Positions 16,501 to 24,700 of a stretch of DNA of 39,679 bases are shown here, in pieces; the stretch's first letter is position 1; each line of letters begins with the position of its first letter. The notes below the pieces were generated by a model. The model had not been told where the DNA came from. It saw only the letters and a list, made by a program, of their open reading frames with translations, and did not search any database. The DNA lies in IMG/VR virus record IMGVR_UViG_3300032277_000022, positions 1 through 39,679 of that record. The stretch is one strand, 5' to 3'. Origin of the DNA: a virus. Lineage: Duplodnaviria > Caudoviricetes. The position numbers and the translations under genes are program-made.

Positions 16501-19396
16501 GGTCCAGCAGCACCAGGCCGCGCCGACCGCCCTGCGTCAGCGCCACGGCCTCGGGCGAGACCGCGTCCACGCCCACGACGGTGACCTTGATCCCCTTCGC
16601 CTTCGCCGCGTCGAACTGCGCCTTGATCCGGTCGCCGTCCTCCTTCGCCGTGCGCAGGATCTTCTCCCAGGTGGACACGCGCTGGCTGAACATCACGTCG
16701 CGCACCGCGAGCACCGCGGTCTTCGAGCGCGCCGAGAGCCCGCGGACCTGCTCCACGTACCGCGCGAACCGTTCGTGCTTCTTCGACTCCCGCTCGCCCG
16801 CGGCGACGTCCAGGGCCAGGGCAGCCGGGGAGCTGCTCTTGCCCCTGGTCAGGGGCTCCAGCTCCGCCGCCAGCTGGCGCAGGACCGGGTCCGTCTCCCA
16901 GGCCTCCATGAACGAGCCGCCCTCGCGGCCCGCCCGCTCGAGACGCGCCCGGCGCTCCGGGTCGATCTCGTTGATCACCACCTCCTCGACCTCCGCCGCA
17001 GCACCCGAGGTTGCGACCGACAGGCCATAGGTGCCGCCCCCGGCGTAGAAGTCGAAGATCACCTTCACCGCGGACGGACCCCCGAGGATCGCCGCCGCCA
17101 GGCGCTTCGCGTTCTTGAACAGGAACTCCCGCTTATTCCCCATGTACCGGGTCTGCTGACGGGCCGCCGCCTGGAGCGGCTGTACGAGCGGCTGTGTGCT
17201 CGTCCGCGGCACGGCCTCCGCACGCACCGCCTCCGGGGCCGGGCGCGCTCCTGGCGCAGCCGAGGCGGGCGTGGCGGCCTCCTGGGCCTCCGCGGGCTCG
17301 CCGCGCTCCATATCGGCCTGGAACTCCGCCTCCCAGGGAAGCCGCTTCCGAGGCCCCTTGTCGTCGTCGCCACCGGACCGCACCTGGCCCGTTGCCGCGG
17401 TCGGCGGGAGACCAGCGGCCACGCCCAGCGCCTCCGCCAGCGCCATCCCCATCTCGGCAGCCTCGGGAGACCAGACCCATTCGGCGCTCCCAAACCCTTG
17501 TGCCATAAGGCTTTGCTGCGCCTTCTCCAGCCGCTTCTCCTGCGTCTTGCGCACCTCGACGCCGACCAGCTTCAGGGCGTCCGAGGCCAGGTCGCGGAGC
17601 TGCTGCAGCCCCGTGCGACCGCCGTTCTTGATCAGGTTCGCGACCGCCTGGCCGCCCTCAGGCGTCAGCGACAGCCACACCCACGGGGCCAGGGACTCCG
17701 CCTTCACCGCGCGCCCCTCCTTCCCCAGCGTCTCGGCGTCCTCCAGGGCCGGGAGCCCCGCGGCCTCCAGCCGCTCGTTGTACCAGCCCGCGAACTCCTG
17801 CACCTGCGGGCCGTGCTTCTCGAGCACCGTGTCCAGCCACTCCGACACCCCGGGGTGCGTGCGCTCCAGGTTGTGCCGCAGCTCATGGGTCAGCACCTCC
17901 GCGGGGTGCTGCTTCGAATTCACGTCCCACAGCACCACGCCGGGCCGCGGGCTCGCGCCCTGCCGCTTCTTGAGCGGCTCCCCGTCCTTCGAGCGGACCG
18001 GGATGATCTCGATGCCAGAGCCTTCGAAGGCCTTCCGGTAGACCTCGACGCGCTCCTGCTCAGGAGACAGCGGCTCCCTTTCCGTGGGCTGTTCGGGGGT
18101 GCCCCCCTCTCCCCCATCCGTGTTGTCTTTGTCGGAAGTGGCCCCAGTGGCCCCATCGGCCTCTGGCATCTCGACCTCCTCGATCGGGACGCCCACCTCC
18201 TCTTCGAAGCCTCGGATCAGCTCCTCGCGGGCCTCGGGAGTCACCTCCTCCGCAGCCTGGCCGGGGCGACCGACCGTGGCGAAGCCCTGCTTCGGCACCG
18301 CGGCGTTCGCGCCAGGCCCCGCCGCAGCCACCAGCCCCGCGCGGCCAGCCGCCGGGACGCTGAACGCGATCAGCTCCGCCGCCTGCGACTGCAGGTCAGG
18401 CCACGCGTTCGCCAGGATGCCGCCCTCCTCCGCGCCGGTCGCGCCCTTCAGCGCGCCGCCGAAGCGCTCCTCGAGATACTCCTCGATCGGGCCGTCCCAG
18501 CCGCCAGCCTTCCCCAGCTTCGTCAGGGCGTCCACCAGCGGGCCAGGCGCGCGCTCGCGGAAGTGGCTGAAGACCTCCTTCTGCATCGCGTGCAGGTACG
18601 CCACCGGGGGGATCCGCTTCGCCCCATCCATCAGCGCGCTGCCCGACCGCTCGGAGATCAGCTCGATGTACTCGGACAGGATCGCGTCGGGCAGGGCGTC
18701 CATGAAGTCGCCCGTCGTCCCCTGCATCACGATCCCCACCTGCCCCGACTCGTTCTCGGTCAGCTCCATGCCGGGCAGCGTCCGACGCCACGCGCCAGCC
18801 TGCACCCGAGAGCCACCTAGCACCTGGCCGATCGCCTCGTTCGCCGCCAGCTGACCAGCCGACAGGACCGAGCCGTCCACCGCGCGCCGAACCAGCGAGC
18901 GCTCCGCCTTCTTCGTCGCCGCCTTCTCCACGGCCTCGCGCACGGCCTTGCCCATCAGCTTCCGGCCAGCGACCGAGCCCGCCTTCGTGGCGATCGCGCC
19001 GCCCGTCAGGAACTCCCCGATGAACGCGGGCATCTCCGCCAGGATCGACACGACGTCGTACCCCAGCGACGTGTTCCGCTGCGCGTCCTCCAGCCACTCG
19101 GCCATCACGCGGCCCTCCTCCTCCGTGGCCTCGCCCGACTCCATGCGGGTAGAGATATCGTGCAGGCTCGCGTACTTCAGCGTGTCCGAGACCGCGCTCT
19201 TGTAGGGCGCGAGCTTCCACGGGTCCGCCTTCAGCTCCTCCCACGCGTCCCCGGCGGTCTTCTTCGTCGTGTCCACCAGCGCGCGCACGCGCGGGCTCCA
19301 CTCCTCTTCGGGGGCCACGGGGGTCTCGGTGACGGGCTCTGCAGGCCCGCGCCCCAGCAGGGCCAGGGTGCGGGGGGAGTACTGCTTGTCCTGCAT
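10586..19396 (-). CDS. Giant polyvalent internal-virion (ejection) protein, 2936 aa: zincin HExxH, Dam/D12-class DNA adenine methyltransferase domain, EIQSDWHQ domain, C-terminal LPD38-like domain
   Basis: HELRH at aa ~504; YMGNK (~751), FDFYAGGG, VINEID, LLDPPY (~965); GFYS, GGSNYREILL, IDEIQSDWHQ (~1634), PDAPFK, GMRAFYD; KIPEWVKSRNLI..IPLPYGY..ENKTFTGAPV. Last gene of the virion module after two ejection-type genes. Confidence 0.85.
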   Translation of the reverse strand: MQDKQYSPRTLALLGRGPAEPVTETPVAPEEEWSPRVRALVDTTKKTAGDAWEELKADPWKLAPYKSAVSDTLKYASLHDISTRMESGEATEEEGRVMAEWLEDAQRNTSLGYDVVSILAEMPAFIGEFLTGGAIATKAGSVAGRKLMGKAVREAVEKAATKKAERSLVRRAVDGSVLSAGQLAANEAIGQVLGGSRVQAGAWRRTLPGMELTENESGQVGIVMQGTTGDFMDALPDAILSEYIELISERSGSALMDGAKRIPPVAYLHAMQKEVFSHFRERAPGPLVDALTKLGKAGGWDGPIEEYLEERFGGALKGATGAEEGGILANAWPDLQSQAAELIAFSVPAAGRAGLVAAAGPGANAAVPKQGFATVGRPGQAAEEVTPEAREELIRGFEEEVGVPIEEVEMPEADGATGATSDKDNTDGGEGGTPEQPTEREPLSPEQERVEVYRKAFEGSGIEIIPVRSKDGEPLKKRQGASPRPGVVLWDVNSKQHPAEVLTHELRHNLERTHPGVSEWLDTVLEKHGPQVQEFAGWYNERLEAAGLPALEDAETLGKEGRAVKAESLAPWVWLSLTPEGGQAVANLIKNGGRTGLQQLRDLASDALKLVGVEVRKTQEKRLEKAQQSLMAQGFGSAEWVWSPEAAEMGMALAEALGVAAGLPPTAATGQVRSGGDDDKGPRKRLPWEAEFQADMERGEPAEAQEAATPASAAPGARPAPEAVRAEAVPRTSTQPLVQPLQAAARQQTRYMGNKREFLFKNAKRLAAAILGGPSAVKVIFDFYAGGGTYGLSVATSGAAAEVEEVVINEIDPERRARLERAGREGGSFMEAWETDPVLRQLAAELEPLTRGKSSSPAALALDVAAGERESKKHERFARYVEQVRGLSARSKTAVLAVRDVMFSQRVSTWEKILRTAKEDGDRIKAQFDAAKAKGIKVTVVGVDAVSPEAVALTQGGRRGLVLLDPPYHETTAGTYSAGGKDYAFAGADFLQLNAEVGAQMLPGNTVIYHNKGTQGVKDALRDAFGGNMTVSTWNRGAKKQPEVLGVIHGRSRSGAARDERGRDVGQPAGRPAEAGAERDVLGRVRRERTRRAGGGSQADDGRAQRPDRREREAESALTGAQTKRLRQRSNRLRARADLARQAGEETRAVQLERKAAKVPVARKRRDDTESAEERALREWDEGTLYSVPIVDQLGFYSTVESALHSVEQKRFLPAQVIPRLIKGGAKQEELDWMGLEPWLAAKPKGEKIDREELLEFIQNSRLIINELVSGDQPISAARVAQDRWGAINALVDHMMNNSQDVTHDEPEGWTWDWNGETAQQYFEDEEDAEDDLRDYMLNFYGGLSDAQLATQLEVDGVDLPDSGVDERLVAMREALYEEFKSDVPGSISYTMGKGYELDLAWMPEPIFYETQEEAIRAGEDKTLAWANAQSEDTILELLPDQADVPTGPNRRVRYGDETLSLAGGSNYREILLQLPDEDTKPARPSMDDLQRMAWGATENHEDSATIAIPTEALADGGIRIKHPLPSKEDQRLLLHRVQNWFDGRPYGVIATEEVHDAVLKLAEDLYGGSSSYEDKAAWLEWFATEVSIWNDGDFGVHKPRFRGGHWSEEDIVAHARVSDRLTADGKRALYIDEIQSDWHQSGRDRGYRLMPGPALDRMKQAERSTWSAYEAAQAARDEVKWKVENDTLNEAEEAILGEKLKALTVKAKAAGKKASDAHSDLVQAETSGVPDAPFKTSWPTMVMRRMIRMAAEGGHDELSWSTGVIQIARYQGATRRVVDKITWDTSYVNKPYRLEEGGASSFQDEAGRSGLRDFDVMVNGERVMTVEATSAMMAHRITKEMLAKSSSGVSQEGMVTVVGMKDGLVTWHERFDVEGKQMDDPSKTIADYLGREMAEKIAAAEDGMVKGDDIAVGGKGMRAFYDKRLVDTAKKLGKKFGSAVRSKEIGAGPESAPDSLQRDIRGFERDRRVALERVKDLKRLPLTHPTRPAMFNAPIEEYAPGVVERRKAAHQEKIEQAEMEAKLAGEEIERLEAELKEYENGEIERFKAVHSMPITEEMKASVLEKGQPLFSVPPAQRHMELRGFDMGGEGLVDALRRRFQDKDLRVRRLEEALRAAGGVLSPDDSLYLAMDRFSGKTTSRLRKWKKRYLDRLAKLMSDGDITDEQLAEYLYALHAKERDEHLLEKFPERFEDAEVGGSGMPAQMRRQILDRVRKRKGYEQYKQAAELVRAMTAETRDTMVEGGLISEKTRAAWDAQYQHYVPLRTLFEGAGYGTGSGMNVSGAEAKEAKGRGTLAHSPLTWALLDAQKAIIRSEKNRVGQSFLALIKEHADLLKSFRVRDEGATEEDTNGELLPSEPRAAEDEFSLKVKGRQHYIRVTDPRLLASLRNLGQESTPAALRAAGSVMRMIASLNTSLDPGFMLSNFFRDLQTAGINLSGEESGAMAARVMKDAIFGQPGRAVWRGLRGKARENEWDDWFKEMEENGGTVGFWTMPDFEGQVRAIQREARRLGNSPLQQAERVLMQAKDWVEHANQAVENNVRLAAYAAARDNGATPIEAANLSKNLTVNFNRRGEDQLFNALYMFYNASVQGTMRLLSAMKHPGVQRTAAGIVAATFMLDLWNRANGGDDEDGVPFYDKIPEWVKSRNLIIMDPSGSGDRIQIPLPYGYNIFHGIGQQAASVMVGGKSKVDAAEDLLAVAWESFYPLGSEATLLQTVTPTLLDPIAQVGENKTFTGAPVMPTAYGDPPPPDSSRYWGSVGAQWKHLATWMNEITGGDAVTPGKVDVSPETLEHAFEFLTGGPGRQANRIKRLFDANQEGRETKLFDWPLVRRLVGEHDDRFDRERYYQQRSRVRRAVDRLDDARERRDGQRVKELRVSDRPLLTLAPVLKKTEARLRQLRSRKKALDDPAAGRKIDTEIDRLQMAFAKRYRKLTGAM
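16042..16251 (-). CDS. Putative nested gene (69 aa, acidic, helical) in an alternative frame inside the giant gene
   Basis: ATG at 16251 preceded by GGGAG-tcattc; 62 of 69 codons end in G/C by my count; the giant's own frame here becomes Arg/Gly low complexity with many A/T-ending codons. Confidence 0.65.
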   Translation of the reverse strand: MDEAEVALLAMSAGAMWDNLPDDLQKQAQSETFWAGFVGKERDGLEGDRKRMMDVLNVPTDESEKQSPR

Positions 19397-19405
19397 GGTC
19401 GACCT

Positions 19406-20788
19406 CTACGGCTTGTAAACGGACCCGCCTTCGAGGCCGGGCTCCATCGCGGGGGATCCAGCCTTCATCAGCGCGTCGATCTTCTCGACCCAGCCAGGAA
19501 GGATCTCCTTGACGGCCTGCTTCGCGCTCTTCCTCTGATAGCCCTTGTGGCGCCCCTTGAAGGCCCGCGACTCCAGCACCTTCGCCTTCGCCTCCTCCAG
19601 GATGTCGAACATCAGCGCCTCGGTTCGCGGGTTCGGGTCGTCTCCCAGGAGGAGCGCCGTCGCGTTCTCGGCAGCCGCCGGGTTGTCGTCCAGCATCGCC
19701 TGCACGGCGTTCGACAGCACGGTCACGTGCTTCGACTTGGTCGAGAGCCACTCGGGGGCCTTCCAGTCCGGCTCGGGGACCGAAGCGGTGTCCGGCAGCG
19801 AGGCCCGATACCCCTCGGGGGTGTTCGGGTCCGGCGCGGGTGCCCCCTGCGCCGGTGCGCCCTGCGCCGGGGCCTGGCCGGTGCCGAAGAACCGCCCGCC
19901 GCCAGGCATCTGCTGGCTGGTCATCTTCGCGCCCATCGACAGCACGGTCTCGAGCTGCTTCGGGTGCAGCTGCAGGATCGACAGAGCCTCGTCCGCGGTG
20001 ATCTTCCCCTCCTGGAACGCCCGCTGCCAGCCGTTGTAGTACTGCGCCAGCTCAGGGCTCGCCAGGCTCACGCCGTCCGCGCCGTAGGCCTCCGCGATCT
20101 TCGCGGAGAACGCACCGAACACCATGCTGCGCTCGATGTCCCGCTGGCCCGCCTTGAAGACCGCGTCACCCAGCTCGTTGAGCTTCTCGTTGGCCTGGTA
20201 CGGGGACAGGATCCCCGCCTCCAGCTCGGCCATGATCTCCTGCGTCTTCTCCTGCGCGCCCTGGAGCGTCTGCTGGTAGTTCAGCGAGCCGTCGCCCTCC
20301 GCCTGCTGGGGGCCGTACATCCCCTCCGCAGACAGGATCTGCTGGGCCTGCTGTTCCACGTGGAACATCGCCGCCTTCGCGCTCTCCGTCGCCTGGGCGA
20401 TCTGCCAGTCCTCGCGGATTCTGGCCTTCGTCTTCTCGTCGCCGCGGACGTACAGATCCCACAGCGGCTTCGGCATCTCCATCGGCGCGCGCTTCACGCC
20501 TTGGATCCCCGTCTCGCCGGTGTCGTGGAACTCCGCCGCCATCAGGCCGCCGGGGCCGTACTTCTCGAGAACGCCCGCCGCGCTGTCGCGCAGCTGCATC
20601 TGCTCCTGCTCGGCGTCCAGCTCCATCTCCGCCGCCTCGATCTGGAGGCGGTTCTTCTTGATCTGCTGGATGCCCTGCTCGTACTCCGAGCGCGCCTCGA
20701 CGCCATCGACCGTACCCGCAGCCCCAGCGCCCAGCGCCTGCGCGGCTACGCCCAGCGCGACCGGACCGTGTTCGATGATGCCAGCCAT
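19406..20788 (-). CDS. Probable internal virion/ejection protein (460 aa)
   Basis: Gly/Ala N-terminus, Gln/Glu coiled coil, position between pilot-like gene and giant; call based mostly on synteny. Confidence 0.6.
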   Translation of the reverse strand: MAGIIEHGPVALGVAAQALGAGAAGTVDGVEARSEYEQGIQQIKKNRLQIEAAEMELDAEQEQMQLRDSAAGVLEKYGPGGLMAAEFHDTGETGIQGVKRAPMEMPKPLWDLYVRGDEKTKARIREDWQIAQATESAKAAMFHVEQQAQQILSAEGMYGPQQAEGDGSLNYQQTLQGAQEKTQEIMAELEAGILSPYQANEKLNELGDAVFKAGQRDIERSMVFGAFSAKIAEAYGADGVSLASPELAQYYNGWQRAFQEGKITADEALSILQLHPKQLETVLSMGAKMTSQQMPGGGRFFGTGQAPAQGAPAQGAPAPDPNTPEGYRASLPDTASVPEPDWKAPEWLSTKSKHVTVLSNAVQAMLDDNPAAAENATALLLGDDPNPRTEALMFDILEEAKAKVLESRAFKGRHKGYQRKSAKQAVKEILPGWVEKIDALMKAGSPAMEPGLEGGSVYKP

Positions 20789-21489
20789 CAGAAGCTCCCG
20801 TTGGACTGGAGGGGGCCGTAGTCGCCAGGCCCGTAGCCGTTGGCCGTCTGACCCACCGAGGCTGTGCCTGTGCCGTCCGGGTTCGACAGGCCGAACATCA
20901 GCAGCTTCGACAGGTTGCCCATCATCGAGGCCACCTGGGGGCCGATGCTCGACGCGACGTGCTGGTTCGCCATCTCGGTCTTCGCCTGCATCCCCGCGTA
21001 GCCTCCGTACATGTCAGCGAGGCGGGAGTAAGCCCTGGCCGTCGCGACCCCCTGGTTCTGGAACAGGCTCGCGCTCTGCGCGCCCACGCTCTCGTCCACG
21101 CCCGCGAGGGCGAGGTTGGTCTGGTCGTGGACCGATCGGCGGTTGCCCATCGCTCGGGTGCTGCTGTAGAGCCCCCGGTTCGACATCTGCGCGTCGGAGG
21201 CCCCGAGCATCTGGGACTCGCGCTGGAGGATCCGCGCTCTAGCTGCGCCCCCCTGGCCCTGGAGCGCGCCCTGCGCCTGGCCGAAGCCCTTCTTCAGCGC
21301 CCCGATCCCCTTCATGTGTGCGCCTTCGCCCTTCGCCCACCCCTCCTGGAGCCGGATCAGGGCGCGGTTCATCGCGTCCGTGTTGGCCGCGTTCGCGCTG
21401 TCCTGGCCCTGCTTGCCGAAGATGCCGCCGAGGACAGAGCCGCCGAGGTTCATCGCCCCAAGCCCGAAGAGTGCTCCTGTTCCGATCAT
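20788..21489 (-). CDS. Probable DNA pilot/ejection protein (233 aa)
   Basis: Gly/Ala/Gln/Met-rich, hydrophobic Gly-rich N-terminus, SNRGLYSS motif; downstream of the nozzle. Confidence 0.65.
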   Translation of the reverse strand: MIGTGALFGLGAMNLGGSVLGGIFGKQGQDSANAANTDAMNRALIRLQEGWAKGEGAHMKGIGALKKGFGQAQGALQGQGGAARARILQRESQMLGASDAQMSNRGLYSSTRAMGNRRSVHDQTNLALAGVDESVGAQSASLFQNQGVATARAYSRLADMYGGYAGMQAKTEMANQHVASSIGPQVASMMGNLSKLLMFGLSNPDGTGTASVGQTANGYGPGDYGPLQSNGSF

Positions 21490-21791
21490 CGTTGCTTCCC
21501 GTCGTCAAGGGCTCCGCTCTCGCGCAGCTCGTCCACCAGTTTGTTGAAAGCCGCCGCCGTGTTCTCGGCCAGTTGTTGCGTGTCCTCGGATCCGGCCACG
21601 TCCACCTTCTCGACGCGCCGCGCGGGGGTGACGCGCAAGCGACCCCTGGAGTCCCGCTCCACACCCTTCCCAAGATTCAGGTGGGACGCCTGGGCCGCCT
21701 GCGCGTTCCGGTAGCCACGGGGGTCCGCAGCCCCCAGGCTCTTACTCACCCGGCCCTGTCCGACCGGGACGTTTCCCTTCTTTCGGGCCAT
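21486..21791 (-). CDS. Small virion-associated protein (101 aa)
   Basis: Start reassigned to ATG 21791; C-terminal FNKLVDELRESG resembles the N.L...LR..G motif of head-fibre-type proteins. Confidence 0.65.
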   Translation of the reverse strand: MARKKGNVPVGQGRVSKSLGAADPRGYRNAQAAQASHLNLGKGVERDSRGRLRVTPARRVEKVDVAGSEDTQQLAENTAAAFNKLVDELRESGALDDGKQR

Positions 21792-21793
21792 GG

Positions 21794-24700
21794 CTACATT
21801 CTGCGCGCCCCAGCCTCGCGCGCACGGGCAAAAAGACTCTGGAGTGCCCACTTCTCTCCGAAGGCACCGTTCCGCAGCCGCACCCACAGCTCGTTGCCGA
21901 GCGCCGTGAACGCCAGGTCGCCGCCGTAGCCTGCTCCAACGTAGTGCTCGAACACCGGGTCATCGCCCCCCTGGAAGTCGGGGGTCGCACCGGTGTAGAC
22001 CTCGAGCCAGACCCCGCCGTACCCAGGCTTGCCGACCAGGACGGGCTCGAGCGCCGTGAACAGCACCTGGCCCAGCTCCCCAGGGGTCAGCGGCCCCAGC
22101 ACCACCTCGCTCTCGATCCGGTACGCGCCGTCGTCGGTCGCCCGCTCGTCCTCGATGCGGATCATGCCGTCCTCCGAGCCGATCACCACGCCCCGGTCGG
22201 TCGGCTCGTCGCCGTCCCAGACGGAAGTGCAGACGGGCTGGACGGCCTCGTCGGACCAGTCATCCGGCCACCAGCCCCCGGTCTTCGCGTCCCACCAGTA
22301 GCTCTCCGTCTTCTGCGGCCCCTCGACCTTCGGGGTCACGTACACGTGGAGCCCCCGCTGCCGGAAGGACCAGGCCATGACGACATCGTAGGTCGCCAGG
22401 TCGATGTCCTGCATCCGGCGCTCGATCCAGCCTTCGGTGATGAGGTCCACCGCGCCGTTCGGCGCGAGCCTCCAGATCCCCGTGTTCTGGCCCTTCACGT
22501 ACACCTCGCCAGACGGACCCACGGCCCAGGCATCCCCGAAGGCCATGCCCTCAAGCTGGCTCACGTTGTCCATCTGCCCCTGGCCGCCCGGATCGCCCGT
22601 CAGCCGCGTGAACGACTGCGCGCCCCCGATGTAGAGCAGGTCGTCGCGCGCCGGGATGATGCAGTTCACCAGGTCGTGCGAGCGGAAGTGCAGGTTCCCC
22701 GTCGAGTTGCCTGAGAAGGCCGAGAGCGGCGTCAGCACCGTGGGATCCGTGTCCCAGTCGTCTGGGCTGCCACGCCCGCTCATGTGCAGGTTGTGGGGGT
22801 CGTCGTCCGTCCGCGCGAGCACGATCCGGTCTCCGAACACGCAGGCCAGCTTCGCGCCCTGGGGGATCTTCCCCGCGCCCTCCGCTTCCCACTCCTCGAC
22901 CCGGTTCGTCTTCGGATCCCAGACCACGTAGTTCAGCCCGTCGAGCCCGTAGAGCTTCTGGCGGTACACCCAGAGCTTCGTGAAGGGCGACAGCGGGTTG
23001 AACCGCCGCGCCCCCAGCTCGACCACCGAAGGAGCCCCGCCGCGCGGGGTCTGGTACAGGTGGCCCGCCGACACCGCCACGTGCGCCGTGCGCCGCGGGC
23101 TCGCGTTCTCCCCGATCACCTGTCGGCGCTTCACCTGGGCCAGCTTCTTGATCGTCGGGTCGTCCTCCGTCCCGTCCGTGAACAGGCCCACGTACACGTT
23201 CTCCGCCGTCCCCTCTCGGTCGTCGTCTTCCGGCCACAGCGGGATCACCGGATCCGTAGCCACCGCCAGCGCGCGCGCCTCCCCGAACTGCTCGTCGTAG
23301 GTCAGCGAGCCGTCCTCCGCATCGCGCAGCTCGAGCCGCGCCTCCTTCTTCGCCTTCAGCGTGAGGAGTGTCGCCGCGGGGAACACGGCATCAGAGGGCC
23401 ACTCGTCGAAACTCATCCGACCGAGGCCGGGGGAGATGAGGATCGAGGTCGCCACGAACGCCCCCCTGCGGGTCAGGCGCACGTGAGGCGTGCCGCCCTG
23501 GTCCTCGAAGGTTGCCACCCACTCCGTATTCGCGTCCAGGGGGAGGTACTGCGCGTTCGCCCCCGTGTCGTTGCCCGTGTCGTTGATCGCAGCGACGAGG
23601 TTCAGAGCGTCCTCCTCCGCGTTGCTGCCACGCTGCACCGAGTTGGTCCCGCCCACCACCGACAGGGTGGCCTGGAAGAGATAGCCCGTCGTCACACCGC
23701 CGACCGTCGTAGCGATCACGTCCAGGTCGTTCACGTGGGCCGTGAACTCGATCAGCACCGTCGCTCGCGCGTCCTCACGCGGCCAGTACAGGCTCCCCTT
23801 CACGTCCGTCGCCAGACCGCGCACCGGAACCCGCGCCGGGTTCGCAGCCTCCTCGATCGCCCAGGTGTCGTCACCCGTCGCCCGGTAGGTCGAGCCCAGA
23901 TCCTTCAGCCGCTTGGCGACCGTCGTGTCGCTGCCGTCGTGCCGACCCACCGTGAGCACCGAGCGATCCGGCCCAGCGAGCACGCCGAGACCGTGCCCGT
24001 TGCCGGACAGCGCCCACGCGACCTCCCCGCTCGCGTTCATCTTCGCCACAATCTCCTTCGGGGAGAGCAGCGCCACGCCGGAAGGCCCCAGCGTCACGCC
24101 GCCCGCCGCAGCTCGTCCAACCGGGGGCCGGGGGGTGTTCCACGGGGAACCGCTACCATCGACCTCGCCGTAGGCGAACGGGTGCTTGTTCTGGAAGATG
24201 TTGCCCAGGCCGAGTCCGCCTGTCCCCAGGTGCCCCACGGACTCGTCCACGCCAGCGCCGGGCAGGATGTCGCCGCACCCGTGCTTGTACGCCAGGTAGC
24301 CCTCCATCTGCTCGACCGTGCTGGCGTTGGCCGTGTACTGCTCGCGCGTGTCCGGCGACGTGCCGTAGCTCCCCGCCGTCATGTCCGACCACTGGTGTTC
24401 CGTGAAGGGATCCGCAGGCGTGTCCGATGCCACCACGCCAGGCCACCGCACCTGGTTCGGGTTCGGGTCGCCGCTCGATGCGCCGCTCGTCCCGCCCACG
24501 ATGCCGATGGCCTCCATCAGGTCGCCGTGCCAGGAGGACAGGTGAGTGAGGCCGGGGTGGCCGTGTTCGTCCGTCGAGCCCCCGAAGATCGCGCCCGTGT
24601 AGATCGCGTCGGCCAGGTCGCTCGCCATCTTGAGCTTGCAGACCAGCCGCCCGTTGATCCGCACCATCGAGTTGCCGTCCGACTGGAGCGTGCCCCCGCT

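Noticed and set aside
17920-18156. A second nested ORF in the giant's acidic linker
   Set aside because: No clear RBS, weak codon bias and low-complexity translation, unlike 16042-16251.
19840-19880. Short tandem APAQG repeat
   Set aside because: Ordinary low-complexity linker in an ejection-type protein.
10889-20821. Long plus-strand ORFs (532, 858, 1012, 553 aa) opposite the giant and ejection genes
   Set aside because: Antisense shadows of GC3-biased genes; Arg/Leu/His/Val-rich with no motifs.
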